Below are positions 9,959 to 18,342 of a stretch of DNA of 64,000 nucleotides, piece after piece. Under the pieces are notes generated by a model that did not search any database, was not told where the DNA came from, and saw only the letters and a program-made list of their open reading frames with translations. Each line of letters opens with the position of its first letter. The stretch's first letter is position 1. Position numbers and translations under genes: made by a program. This DNA is from Candidatus Eiseniibacteriota bacterium (GTDB lineage: Bacteria; Eisenbacteria; RBG-16-71-46), in the NCBI GenBank assembly GCA_044223005.1, contig JBGAML010000002.1, positions 160,001-224,000 on the forward strand. The letters run 5' to 3'.

Positions 9959-11938
9959 TCAGGCGCTGCGGCGCTGCTCCCAGACGCGGATCGGGAGGAT
10001 GATCACCTGGATCCCCGCGAACTGGAGGCGGCGCTGGATGGCGAAGGCCGTTTCGTGGTGCAGGCTGCGGGTGAAGAGCGTTTCGCGCTGGAAGACGAGC
10101 TGGCCCGCGAACACCATGCTGCGACGGAACTCCTTCTGGAGGTCCATGCAGATGTGCTCGAGTTCCTCGATCAGGTCGGTGCCGAGCGTGAAGCGGTACT
10201 CGGCGTAGATGCCCATCTTCTGCGCGAGGTCGACGTACTTCTCGAGATCGCCGCGCACCTTGTCCTCGAGCGCCGCGACGCTCTCGGTGCCCTTGAACTG
10301 CCCGGAATCGACCAGGCCCACGGACACGAAGACGAGGTTCTTGAAGTGCCGCGGGAACATGCGGTGCACCGACAGCAGCGTGTGGATCCCGAGCCCCGCG
10401 TACGATTCCACGAGCACGATGCCCGTCGGCCCCTCGGGGGCGAGCTCGGTGGTCACGGCGTGGTCGCTGAACGGCAGGTCGGTGAGCACGTCGTCGAGGC
10501 CGCGCAGCACGCCGCGCACCTGCTGGTAGTGGCGCCGCACCAGGAAGCAGATGCCCACGAACGCGCCGGTCACCGCGAGCGTCACCCAGCCGCCCTGCAT
10601 GAACTTGATCACCGCGGTCACGACGAGGATGCCGCCCGTTACCGATGTGCCGAGCAGCGCGAGCAGCCAGCGGCGCTTCCAGTGCGGCTGCGTCGCGCGC
10701 ACTTCCCACCAGTGCCGCACCATGCCCATCTGCGACAGTGTGAAGGTGAGGAACACGTTGATCGAGTACATGACGATGAGGATCTGCACCGAGCCGCCGG
10801 TGTAGAGCAGCGTGGCGATCGCGGCCAGTCCCATCGTGATGATGCCGTTCTGCGTCACGAGCCGTTCCGACAGGTGCGCGAAGCGCTTGGGCACCCAGTG
10901 GTCCACGGCCATGGCGGCCAGCGTCGCCGGGCCGGCGAGGAACCCGGTCTGCGCGGCCACGAACAGGAGCGCGCCCTCGGAGAGCAGCGTGAAGATCACG
11001 ACCCAGCGCCCGAGCGGCCAACCGCCGGGCTGCCACGTGCGCGCGAGCGTCTCCCAGAGCACGGCGTTGAGCGTCTTGCCGTGTTCGTGGTGGATACCCG
11101 CGAGCAGGTAGCAGAGCAGGATGCCGCCGGCCGTGAACGACAGCGAGAGCGACATGTACAGCATGGTCTTCTTGCCGGTCTCGACCCGCGGCTCGCGCAG
11201 CATCGCGGTGCTGTTGCTGACGGCCTCGATCCCGGTGAACGTACCGCCGCCGAGCGAAAAGGCCTTGAGGAAGAGCGCGATCACCGCGACCAGGCCCAGT
11301 TCCGTCACCGCCGAATGCGTGTCCGACACGGTGTCGGCGACGATCGTTCCGAACGCGCCGCCGTGCGAGGCGAGGCCGTAGACGATCAGCGCGAAGTGGC
11401 TGACCACGAACGCCACGAAGATCGGCATCAGCACCGACACCGACTCCTTGACGCCGCGCAGGTTCAGGGCCGTGAGCCCGATCACGATGACGATTTCGAT
11501 CGGTAATCGCCAGACCAGCAGGTGGGGGGGCAGGAACGAGAAGATGGCGTCCACGCCGGAGGCGATCGAGATCGAGATCGTGAGCACGTAGTCCACGACG
11601 AGCGCGGCGCCCGAGACCACGCCCGGCGCGACGCCGAGCAGCTTGGTCGCCACCAGGTAGCCGCCACCGCCGCTCGGGAACAGTTCGATGATCTGCGTGT
11701 AGGACGCGGAGATCAGGAAGACGGTGAGGACCGTCGCGATCGCGATGTAGAGCGCGAGGTGGGTGTGCCCGCCGAGGGCCCGGAATGCCTCTTCGGGGCC
11801 GTACGACGAAGACGAAAGACCGTCCGACCCCAGGCCCACCCAGGCGAAGAACGCGATCAGGGCGAGCTGGTGATGTATCTTCGGGTCGAGAAGGTTCTTA
11901 CGGCCTCCGATGAGGAGGCCACGCAATCGTTCGAGCAC
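9959..11938 (-). CDS. APC-superfamily permease, KimA/YdaO-like putative K+ transporter (paralog A)
   Basis: 659 aa, colinear with the neighbouring paralog and carrying the same motifs; GTG start. Confidence 0.85.
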   Translation of the reverse strand: MLERLRGLLIGGRKNLLDPKIHHQLALIAFFAWVGLGSDGLSSSSYGPEEAFRALGGHTHLALYIAIATVLTVFLISASYTQIIELFPSGGGGYLVATKLLGVAPGVVSGAALVVDYVLTISISIASGVDAIFSFLPPHLLVWRLPIEIVIVIGLTALNLRGVKESVSVLMPIFVAFVVSHFALIVYGLASHGGAFGTIVADTVSDTHSAVTELGLVAVIALFLKAFSLGGGTFTGIEAVSNSTAMLREPRVETGKKTMLYMSLSLSFTAGGILLCYLLAGIHHEHGKTLNAVLWETLARTWQPGGWPLGRWVVIFTLLSEGALLFVAAQTGFLAGPATLAAMAVDHWVPKRFAHLSERLVTQNGIITMGLAAIATLLYTGGSVQILIVMYSINVFLTFTLSQMGMVRHWWEVRATQPHWKRRWLLALLGTSVTGGILVVTAVIKFMQGGWVTLAVTGAFVGICFLVRRHYQQVRGVLRGLDDVLTDLPFSDHAVTTELAPEGPTGIVLVESYAGLGIHTLLSVHRMFPRHFKNLVFVSVGLVDSGQFKGTESVAALEDKVRGDLEKYVDLAQKMGIYAEYRFTLGTDLIEELEHICMDLQKEFRRSMVFAGQLVFQRETLFTRSLHHETAFAIQRRLQFAGIQVIILPIRVWEQRRSA

Positions 11939-11955
11939 CGAGGCAAGCTAAGCGA

Positions 11956-13572
11956 TTGAGTCGGGGAGTTCAAGAAGCTGTCAGGCCGCCTCGCAAGTCG
12001 AACCGGCGGCTCGCGTTCGCGCTCGTGGCGGGCCTCTTCGCGGCGCTCGCGCTCGCGGGGGACAGCGGCCCCGTGCGCGCTCGCGTCGTCGCGGGCTGGG
12101 CCGCGTCCGCGTCCGCCGCGGATCCGTTCCCGCGCTTCGCCACGTTCGGCTGGGTCGCGCCGCCGCTCGATTCGACCACGTCCGCCCGCTACGCCGAGTA
12201 CGCCGGCGCGGGCTTCGGCGTCACGGTCCTGGCGCTCGACGACTCGGGCCGGGTGGAGGACGACCGCCGCCGGCTCGACGCCTGCCGCCCGCTCGGGGTG
12301 CGCTGCCTGCTCCTCGATCGCGACCTGCGCGGCGTCACGCTCGCGGATTCCGCCTCGCTCGTTCGCGCGGACACGGTCGTCGCACGCTGGCGCGACGATC
12401 CCGCCTTCCTCGGCTGGTACCTCGGCGACGAACCGGCCGACAGCGAGTACGCGGCGCTCGGGGAACGGTTCGCCATCCTGCGCGCGCGCGATCCCGCGCA
12501 CCCGGCGTGGAACAACCTGCGCGGGAGGTCGCAGTTCGCGACGGTGACGGCGTTCCGTGCCTCGCTCGAAGCGTACGTCGCGGCGACGCGGCCGTCGGTG
12601 CTGTGCGACGACGAGTACGAGTTCCTGCTCTGGGGCGACCGCGGCCAGATGACCGAGAACATCGCCACGCTCGCCGCGGTCGCGCGCGCGCACGGGCTGC
12701 CCTTCTGGGGCATCGTGCAGCTCGTGCGTCACGGCCCGTTCCGCGACGTGACGCCGGGCATGCTGCGCTGGCAGTTCGCGCAGTGGCTCGCGTGGGGCGC
12801 GCGCGGCATCGGCGTCTTCACCTACTGGACGCCGCCGCCCGATCCGCTCTGGAACTGGCAGCCCGCGATGATCGCGTGGGGGAGCGGCGAGCGGACGCCG
12901 CACTACGACGAGGTGCGCGACGTGAACCAGCTCGCGACGGGCGTGGGTACGTGGCTCGCCGGCATGCGCTGGCTCACGACCACGTCCGCGGGCTTCGTGC
13001 CCGCGGGCGGCACGGCGTTCGTCCCGGGCGGCCTGCTGCGCCGCGTGGACGGCCGCGCGACGCTGGGGTTCTTCGCGGATTCGACCGGCGCGCCGGTCGT
13101 GTTCGTCGCCAACGCCGACTCGCTGGAGGGACGCACCGTGACGCTCGCGCCCGCGGGGCCGCGCCGCGCCTGGCAGCTCGCCACCGACGGCGTGACCTGG
13201 GCGCCCGCCGCGGGCCCGGGGGAGGACGTCGAGTTGCCGCTCGCTCCGGGCGGGTTCGCGCTGCTGCGGTTCTCGGGCGGAATCGATTCGCTCGCGGCAG
13301 GTTCCGGCCTCCGGCTGGCCGCGTTCCCGAACCCGGCGCGGGGTGCGGTCCGGTTCGTGGCCAGCGGCAACCCCGGGGTCGCGCGTTTGGAAGTACTGGA
13401 CGTGGCAGGTCGCCGGGTGTGGTCACACGCTTTCGCCGCGGGAGGCGGCACGGTAAACTGGCTCGGTACCCGCGACGGTGGCGGCCGGCTGGCCCCCGGT
13501 GCCTACCTCGCTCGCCTGGAGGACGCTCGCGGGGTACAGGTGCGGCGCGTGACCTGGCTCGGGACGCCCTGA
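11956..13572 (+). CDS. Secreted glycoside-hydrolase-like (TIM barrel) protein with C-terminal FlgD-Ig/CTD-like domain; start uncertain
   Basis: Hydrophobic N-terminus; GWYLGDEP, PFWGIVQ, GARGIGVFTYW; C-terminal FPNPARG...DVAGRRV...PGAYLARL. Confidence 0.7.
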   Translation: MSRGVQEAVRPPRKSNRRLAFALVAGLFAALALAGDSGPVRARVVAGWAASASAADPFPRFATFGWVAPPLDSTTSARYAEYAGAGFGVTVLALDDSGRVEDDRRRLDACRPLGVRCLLLDRDLRGVTLADSASLVRADTVVARWRDDPAFLGWYLGDEPADSEYAALGERFAILRARDPAHPAWNNLRGRSQFATVTAFRASLEAYVAATRPSVLCDDEYEFLLWGDRGQMTENIATLAAVARAHGLPFWGIVQLVRHGPFRDVTPGMLRWQFAQWLAWGARGIGVFTYWTPPPDPLWNWQPAMIAWGSGERTPHYDEVRDVNQLATGVGTWLAGMRWLTTTSAGFVPAGGTAFVPGGLLRRVDGRATLGFFADSTGAPVVFVANADSLEGRTVTLAPAGPRRAWQLATDGVTWAPAAGPGEDVELPLAPGGFALLRFSGGIDSLAAGSGLRLAAFPNPARGAVRFVASGNPGVARLEVLDVAGRRVWSHAFAAGGGTVNWLGTRDGGGRLAPGAYLARLEDARGVQVRRVTWLGTP

Positions 13573-13651
13573 TCCGCGCATCCGCCGTCACCTCGTCGCA
13601 TTCGGCGCGGCCGCGCGCCCCGGCCTGTCCCCCAGCCCGACGAGGCAGCAC

Positions 13652-15256
13652 CTGCGTTCTCTCCTCCGATCGATCGTCCTCCTCGCGCTCGTCGCCTGCG
13701 GCCGCCCCGTCGCGGCCGAAACGCCGTGGCGCATTCCCGAATCGGGGGTCGAGGACCCGCCGCCGGTGGTGCTCACGGCGACGCCGAACGCGCTGCCGCG
13801 GTTCGCGCTCTTCGGCTGGGTGAGCCCGCCGCTGGACCAGACGACGACCTCGCGCTACCTCGACATGAAGGACCTCGGCTTCAACCTCGCGGTGCTGGCG
13901 TGGGACGACACCGGCTACGTCGAGGACAACCGCGCGCGGCTCGCGGTGACTGGGCCGCTCGGCATCGGCAACCTGATGGTCGACAACCGGCTCGACAGCA
14001 TCTTCGTCTCACGGCCCGAGACGTGGCCGCTCGCCGATTCGCTCGTCGACGACTACCGCTCCGATCCCGCGTTCACGGGCTGGTACCTCGGCGACGAGCC
14101 CGGCCCCGAACTGTTCGGGCGGCTCGGCGAGTGGTACGCCATACTGCGCGAACGCGATCCCTACCATCCCGCGTGGAACAGCCTGCGGGGCCGTATGACG
14201 TTCGGGAGCCACGCCGCGTACGCCGCCTATATCCAGGCGTTCGTCGATTCGACGCATCCGGCGGTGCTGTGCAACAGCCAGTACGACTTCCACGACGGCT
14301 GGGACGCGCACCAGCTGGTCGAGAACGTGTCCACGCTCGCCACGATCGCCCACGCCCGCGGGATCCCGTTCTGGGGCATCATCCAGGAAGTGGAGCACTG
14401 GGTGTTCCGCCCGGTCACGGATGGGATGCTGCGCTGGCAGATCGCGCAGTGGATGGTGTACGGCGCGAGCGGCATCGGCTACTTCACCTACTGGACCCCG
14501 GCGCCCGATCCGTACTACGACTGGCAGCCCGCGCTCGTGGAATGGGGGAGCGGCACACCCACCGCGACGTACGACACGGTGCAGGTGATCGACCGCCATC
14601 TCGCGCCGATCGGCAACGTCCTCGCCGGCGCGGACTGGCTCATCGCGCAGTACGCGGGCTCGGTGCCGGCGTACGGCGTGCCGTTCTCGCCCAACGGCAT
14701 GATCTCGGCCGTGAGCGGGCGCGCCGCGCTCGGGTTCTTCGCGGATTCCACGATGACGCCGCTCGTGCTGGTCGCCAACTCGGATTCGCTCTCGGCGCGC
14801 ACGATCACGCTCACGCTCGCGGGTGGCCGGCGCGCGTGGGGCCTGCGTGACGACGGCAGCTGGGCGCAGCTGTTCGCGCGTCCCGACGGCCGGCTCTCGG
14901 TCACGCTCGCCGCGGGCGACTTCCTGCTGCTGCGGCTGAGCGGTGTCGTCTCGCCGCTGCCCGCAGACGTTCCGCCGTCCGCCGGGGCGCCGGTCGCGTT
15001 CGCCGTGTCGCCCAATCCCGCCCGCGGCGACGTGCGGTTCGCGTTCGCGAGTGGCGACGGGCCCGCGCGGATCGCGCTCTACGATCTCTCCGGCCGGCGC
15101 GTCTGGGCGCGCGACCTCGAGCCCGGCGCCACGTCGGTGCGCTGGGACGGCGACGACGCGCGCGGCGGCCGCGCGCCCGCCGGCGTCTACCTCGCGCGGC
15201 TCGAGCGCGGGGGCGCGGCGCAGGTGCGGCGCGTGGCCTGGCTCGGCGCGCGGTGA
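13652..15256 (+). CDS. Paralogous secreted glycoside-hydrolase-like protein with FlgD-Ig/CTD-like domain; probable CTG start
   Basis: Colinear with the previous gene (GWYLGDEP, PFWGIIQ, GASGIGYFTYW, SPNPARG...AGVYLARL). In-frame extension upstream of 13766 gives the signal peptide (M)RSLLRSIVLLALVACG after GAGG. Confidence 0.7.
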   Translation: MRSLLRSIVLLALVACGRPVAAETPWRIPESGVEDPPPVVLTATPNALPRFALFGWVSPPLDQTTTSRYLDMKDLGFNLAVLAWDDTGYVEDNRARLAVTGPLGIGNLMVDNRLDSIFVSRPETWPLADSLVDDYRSDPAFTGWYLGDEPGPELFGRLGEWYAILRERDPYHPAWNSLRGRMTFGSHAAYAAYIQAFVDSTHPAVLCNSQYDFHDGWDAHQLVENVSTLATIAHARGIPFWGIIQEVEHWVFRPVTDGMLRWQIAQWMVYGASGIGYFTYWTPAPDPYYDWQPALVEWGSGTPTATYDTVQVIDRHLAPIGNVLAGADWLIAQYAGSVPAYGVPFSPNGMISAVSGRAALGFFADSTMTPLVLVANSDSLSARTITLTLAGGRRAWGLRDDGSWAQLFARPDGRLSVTLAAGDFLLLRLSGVVSPLPADVPPSAGAPVAFAVSPNPARGDVRFAFASGDGPARIALYDLSGRRVWARDLEPGATSVRWDGDDARGGRAPAGVYLARLERGGAAQVRRVAWLGAR

Positions 15257-15954
15257 GCACACGCGGCGCGCGCACGCTCGCGGCGCTCGAGCGCGCGATC
15301 GTGGCGTGCGAGCGCTGCCCGCGGCTGCGCGATTACTGCGCGCAGGTGGCGGTGGAGAAGCGGCGCGCCTACCGCGACGAAACCTACTGGGGCCGGCCGG
15401 TACCCGGATTCGGCGACCCGCACGCACGCGTGCTGCTCGTCGGGCTCGCGCCCGGCGCGCACGGCGCCAATCGCACCGGCCGCATGTTCACCGGTGATTC
15501 GAGCGGCGACTGGCTCTACGACGCGCTGCATCGCGCGGGCTTCGCCAGCCAGGCCGAGAGCCGCGCACGCGACGACGGCATGCGCCTGGACGGCGTGTGG
15601 ATCGGCGCCGCGGGGCGCTGCGCGCCGCCCGACAACAAGCCGCTCCCGGAGGAGCTCGCCGCGTGCCGCGACCATCTCGCCGGCGAGATCCGCCTGCTGC
15701 CGCGCGTGCGGGTCGTGCTCGCGCTCGGCCGCATCGCGCACGAGGCGTACCTGCGCGCCGGCGGCTGGTGGGAGCGATTCGCGCCGCGCGAACGCCCGGC
15801 GTTCGCGCACGGCGGCGAAGTCGCGCTGCCCGGCGGCCCCGTGCTCGTGAGCTCGTTCCACCCGAGCCGGCAGAACACGCAGACCGGCCGGCTGACGCGC
15901 GCCATGTGGTATCGCGTGTTCGCGCGCGTGCGCGCGCTCGCCGGCGCGCACTGA
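15253..15954 (+). CDS. udgB: Uracil-DNA glycosylase family 5 (4Fe-4S)
   Basis: CxxCPRL, GLAPGAHGANRTGRMFTGD, RCAPPDNKP, FHPSRQNTQTGRLT. Confidence 0.9.
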   Translation: MSTRGARTLAALERAIVACERCPRLRDYCAQVAVEKRRAYRDETYWGRPVPGFGDPHARVLLVGLAPGAHGANRTGRMFTGDSSGDWLYDALHRAGFASQAESRARDDGMRLDGVWIGAAGRCAPPDNKPLPEELAACRDHLAGEIRLLPRVRVVLALGRIAHEAYLRAGGWWERFAPRERPAFAHGGEVALPGGPVLVSSFHPSRQNTQTGRLTRAMWYRVFARVRALAGAH

Positions 15955-16013
15955 CGCCGGCGCCGCTTTCGCGTTGACCTCGGGAGCCCCGTCGGCGATG
16001 CTGCGTCCGACAT

Positions 16014-16188
16014 CTTCCGGGTGCCCACATCGCGTGGGGTAAGAGGGAAGCGGGTGAAAATCCCGCACGGTCCCGCCACTGTGATGGGCGCGCGCTCTTC
16101 GTGCCACGGATCCCATGCGGATCCGGAAGGCGAGCGCGATCGGACGGAGCATCGTCCGGCGCCCCGAGTCAGGAAACCTGCCCGGAAG
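16014..16188 (+). ncRNA. Cobalamin riboswitch
   Basis: Ordered conserved elements GGTGC, AGAGGGAA, GCGGGTGAAAATCCCGC, CCCGCCACTGT, GCCAC, GGAAGG, GAGTCAGGAAACCTGCC. P1 is CTTCCGGG/CCCGGAAG. Lies upstream of a TonB receptor. Confidence 0.95.
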
Positions 16189-16306
16189 CCACGGACACGC
16201 ACCACCTCGCAGGAGGGTGGTCGCGGATCGCGGTGCCGTCCGGCCCCGTTTCCGCGCACGACCCTTCGCGGAGGCGGGGCGTTTCGATGCGAGCGCGAAC
16301 GACGCC

Positions 16307-18325
16307 GTGATCGAACAGCTCTTCACCGCCCTGTTGCCGGGCGCGCTCGCCGCGCTCGCCGCCGCCACGAGCGCGGACACGCTCGCGCGCCCCGTGCGCA
16401 CGCTGCCGCCCGTCGAGGTGGCCGCCGCGCGCGAACGGCTCGACGCGCGCCGCCGGCTGCCCACCGCCGCGGTGACCGACGTCGACGCGCGCGCGCGTGC
16501 CGCCGCGTTGAGCGGAGTCGGCGAACTGCTCGCGACCACCGCGGGCGCGCGCGTCGTGGACTACGGCGGGCTCGGTGCGTTCAGCACGATCTCGCTGCGC
16601 GGCGCCTCGCCCGCGCAGGTGCGCGTCTACCTGGACGGCGTGCCTCTCGCCTCGGCGGCGAACGGGGTCGTGAACCTCGCCGACCTGCCCGCGGGCGCGC
16701 TCGACCGGATCGAGGTCTGGCGCGGTCGCGCGCCACTCGCGTTCGGCGCCGACGCGCCGGGCGGCGCGGTGAACCTGGTGACGATCGGTTCACCCGCCGT
16801 GCGCGAGCTGCACGTGGCGCACGGATCGTTCGGCACGTGGGAGGCACGCGGGTCCGCCGGCGCGACGCACGGGCCGCTCTCGCTGCTCGCGCACGCCGGC
16901 TACTCGGGCACGCGCGGCGATTTCGAGTTCCGCAACGACAACGCGACGCCGTTCAACACCGCCGACGACGTGGATGCGACCCGCATCAACGACCGCTCCG
17001 ACGCGAACGACGGGCTGCTCCGGCTCGGCTGGGCGATCGCGCCGCTCTGGCGCGCGAGCCTGCGCGGCGAGACGTTCCACCGCGCGCAGGGCGTGCCCGG
17101 CCTCGCCGCGTCGCAGGCGCCGAACCCGCGCCTCGCCTCGGCGCGTGATCTCGTCGCGGTGGAGCTCGAGCGCGTGGCCGCGCCCGCGACGCCCGGCGCG
17201 GTGGTGCGCGCGTGGAGCAAGCGCGAGGCGACGACGTTCCGCGATCCCGAGGGTGAGTTGCACCTCGGGCGCTTCGACGGCACGTCGCGCTTTCGCGACC
17301 GGCAGGCCGCACTCGCGCTGCGCAGCCCGGCAGGCTGGCGATGGGTGACCGCCGAAATCGGCGGCGACCTCCGCGCCGAGACGGCCGAGCCCGTCGCGCC
17401 GTCGATCGGGCAGGCGATCCCGGCCGAGAGCCGGCGGACGACCCGCGGCTGCTTCGCGACGCTGCAGCTGCACGCGTGGGACGATCGCGCGCTGCTGCAC
17501 GCCGCGCGGCGCTGGGATCGGCAGGAGGACCACATCCGCGGCACGCTGACGTTCGGCGCACCGTTCGCGAACGACGCCGTGCGCGAGCTCGATTCGCCGC
17601 AGCTCGGTGCGCGCGTGCGGCTGCCGCGAGGGCTCGAAGCGCGCGGCAACTGGTCGCGGGCGACGCGCGCGCCGGCGTTCGGCGAGATCTTCGGCGACTA
17701 CGCCTACGTCGCGCCGAACCTCAGGCTGGAGCCCGAGCGCTCGGAGAGCTGGGACGCGGCACTCGCGTGGAGCGGTGACGTGCCGGGCGGCCGCGTGAAC
17801 GCCGGGTGGACACGGCACGCGTCGCACGTGCGCGACCTGATCGGCTGGACGCCCGCGCAGGGGCGCACGTTCCGCGCGAGCAACCTGAGCCGCGCCGAGA
17901 TCCGCGGGGAGGAGCTCGAGCTCGCATGCGCGTGGCCCGCGCTCACGCTCGGAGCGACGCGGGCCTGGACGAGCGCACTGCAGACCGACCCCGGCAACAT
18001 CTACTACGGCCGCCGGCTGCCGCTGCGGCCGTCCCACCAGGCGTCGCTGTGGCTCGATGCGCGCCGCGGGGCGTGGCGCGCGCGCGCCGATGTCGTCGAT
18101 CTCGGCGACGACTACCGCGACCCCATCAACTTCAACCGCCTGCCCGGCCGCACGATCGTCGGCGCGTCGCTCTCGCGCGCGCTCGGCGTCACCACCTGGA
18201 CGCTGGAAGGCCGCAACCTCGGCGATCGTCGCGTGAGCGACGTCGCCGGCTATCCGCTGCCCGGCCGCAGCGTGTACGTCGCGTGCGACGTGCGCTTCGC
18301 GCCGGCGAACGCCGCACGACCGTGA
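16307..18325 (+). CDS. btuB: TonB-dependent receptor, probable cobalamin importer (BtuB-like)
   Basis: Plug motifs ISLRGAS..QVRVYLDGVPL and DRIEVWRG...GGAVNLVT; C-terminal NLGD...YPLPGRSVY. GTG 16307 is followed by a signal-like stretch; riboswitch upstream. Confidence 0.85.
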   Translation: MIEQLFTALLPGALAALAAATSADTLARPVRTLPPVEVAAARERLDARRRLPTAAVTDVDARARAAALSGVGELLATTAGARVVDYGGLGAFSTISLRGASPAQVRVYLDGVPLASAANGVVNLADLPAGALDRIEVWRGRAPLAFGADAPGGAVNLVTIGSPAVRELHVAHGSFGTWEARGSAGATHGPLSLLAHAGYSGTRGDFEFRNDNATPFNTADDVDATRINDRSDANDGLLRLGWAIAPLWRASLRGETFHRAQGVPGLAASQAPNPRLASARDLVAVELERVAAPATPGAVVRAWSKREATTFRDPEGELHLGRFDGTSRFRDRQAALALRSPAGWRWVTAEIGGDLRAETAEPVAPSIGQAIPAESRRTTRGCFATLQLHAWDDRALLHAARRWDRQEDHIRGTLTFGAPFANDAVRELDSPQLGARVRLPRGLEARGNWSRATRAPAFGEIFGDYAYVAPNLRLEPERSESWDAALAWSGDVPGGRVNAGWTRHASHVRDLIGWTPAQGRTFRASNLSRAEIRGEELELACAWPALTLGATRAWTSALQTDPGNIYYGRRLPLRPSHQASLWLDARRGAWRARADVVDLGDDYRDPINFNRLPGRTIVGASLSRALGVTTWTLEGRNLGDRRVSDVAGYPLPGRSVYVACDVRFAPANAARP

Positions 18326-18342
18326 CCGGAGGACCTCTTCGC

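Noticed and set aside
16115..16306. Tracked upstream start of the TonB receptor
   Set aside because: It falls inside the riboswitch; the signal-like sequence begins at GTG 16307.
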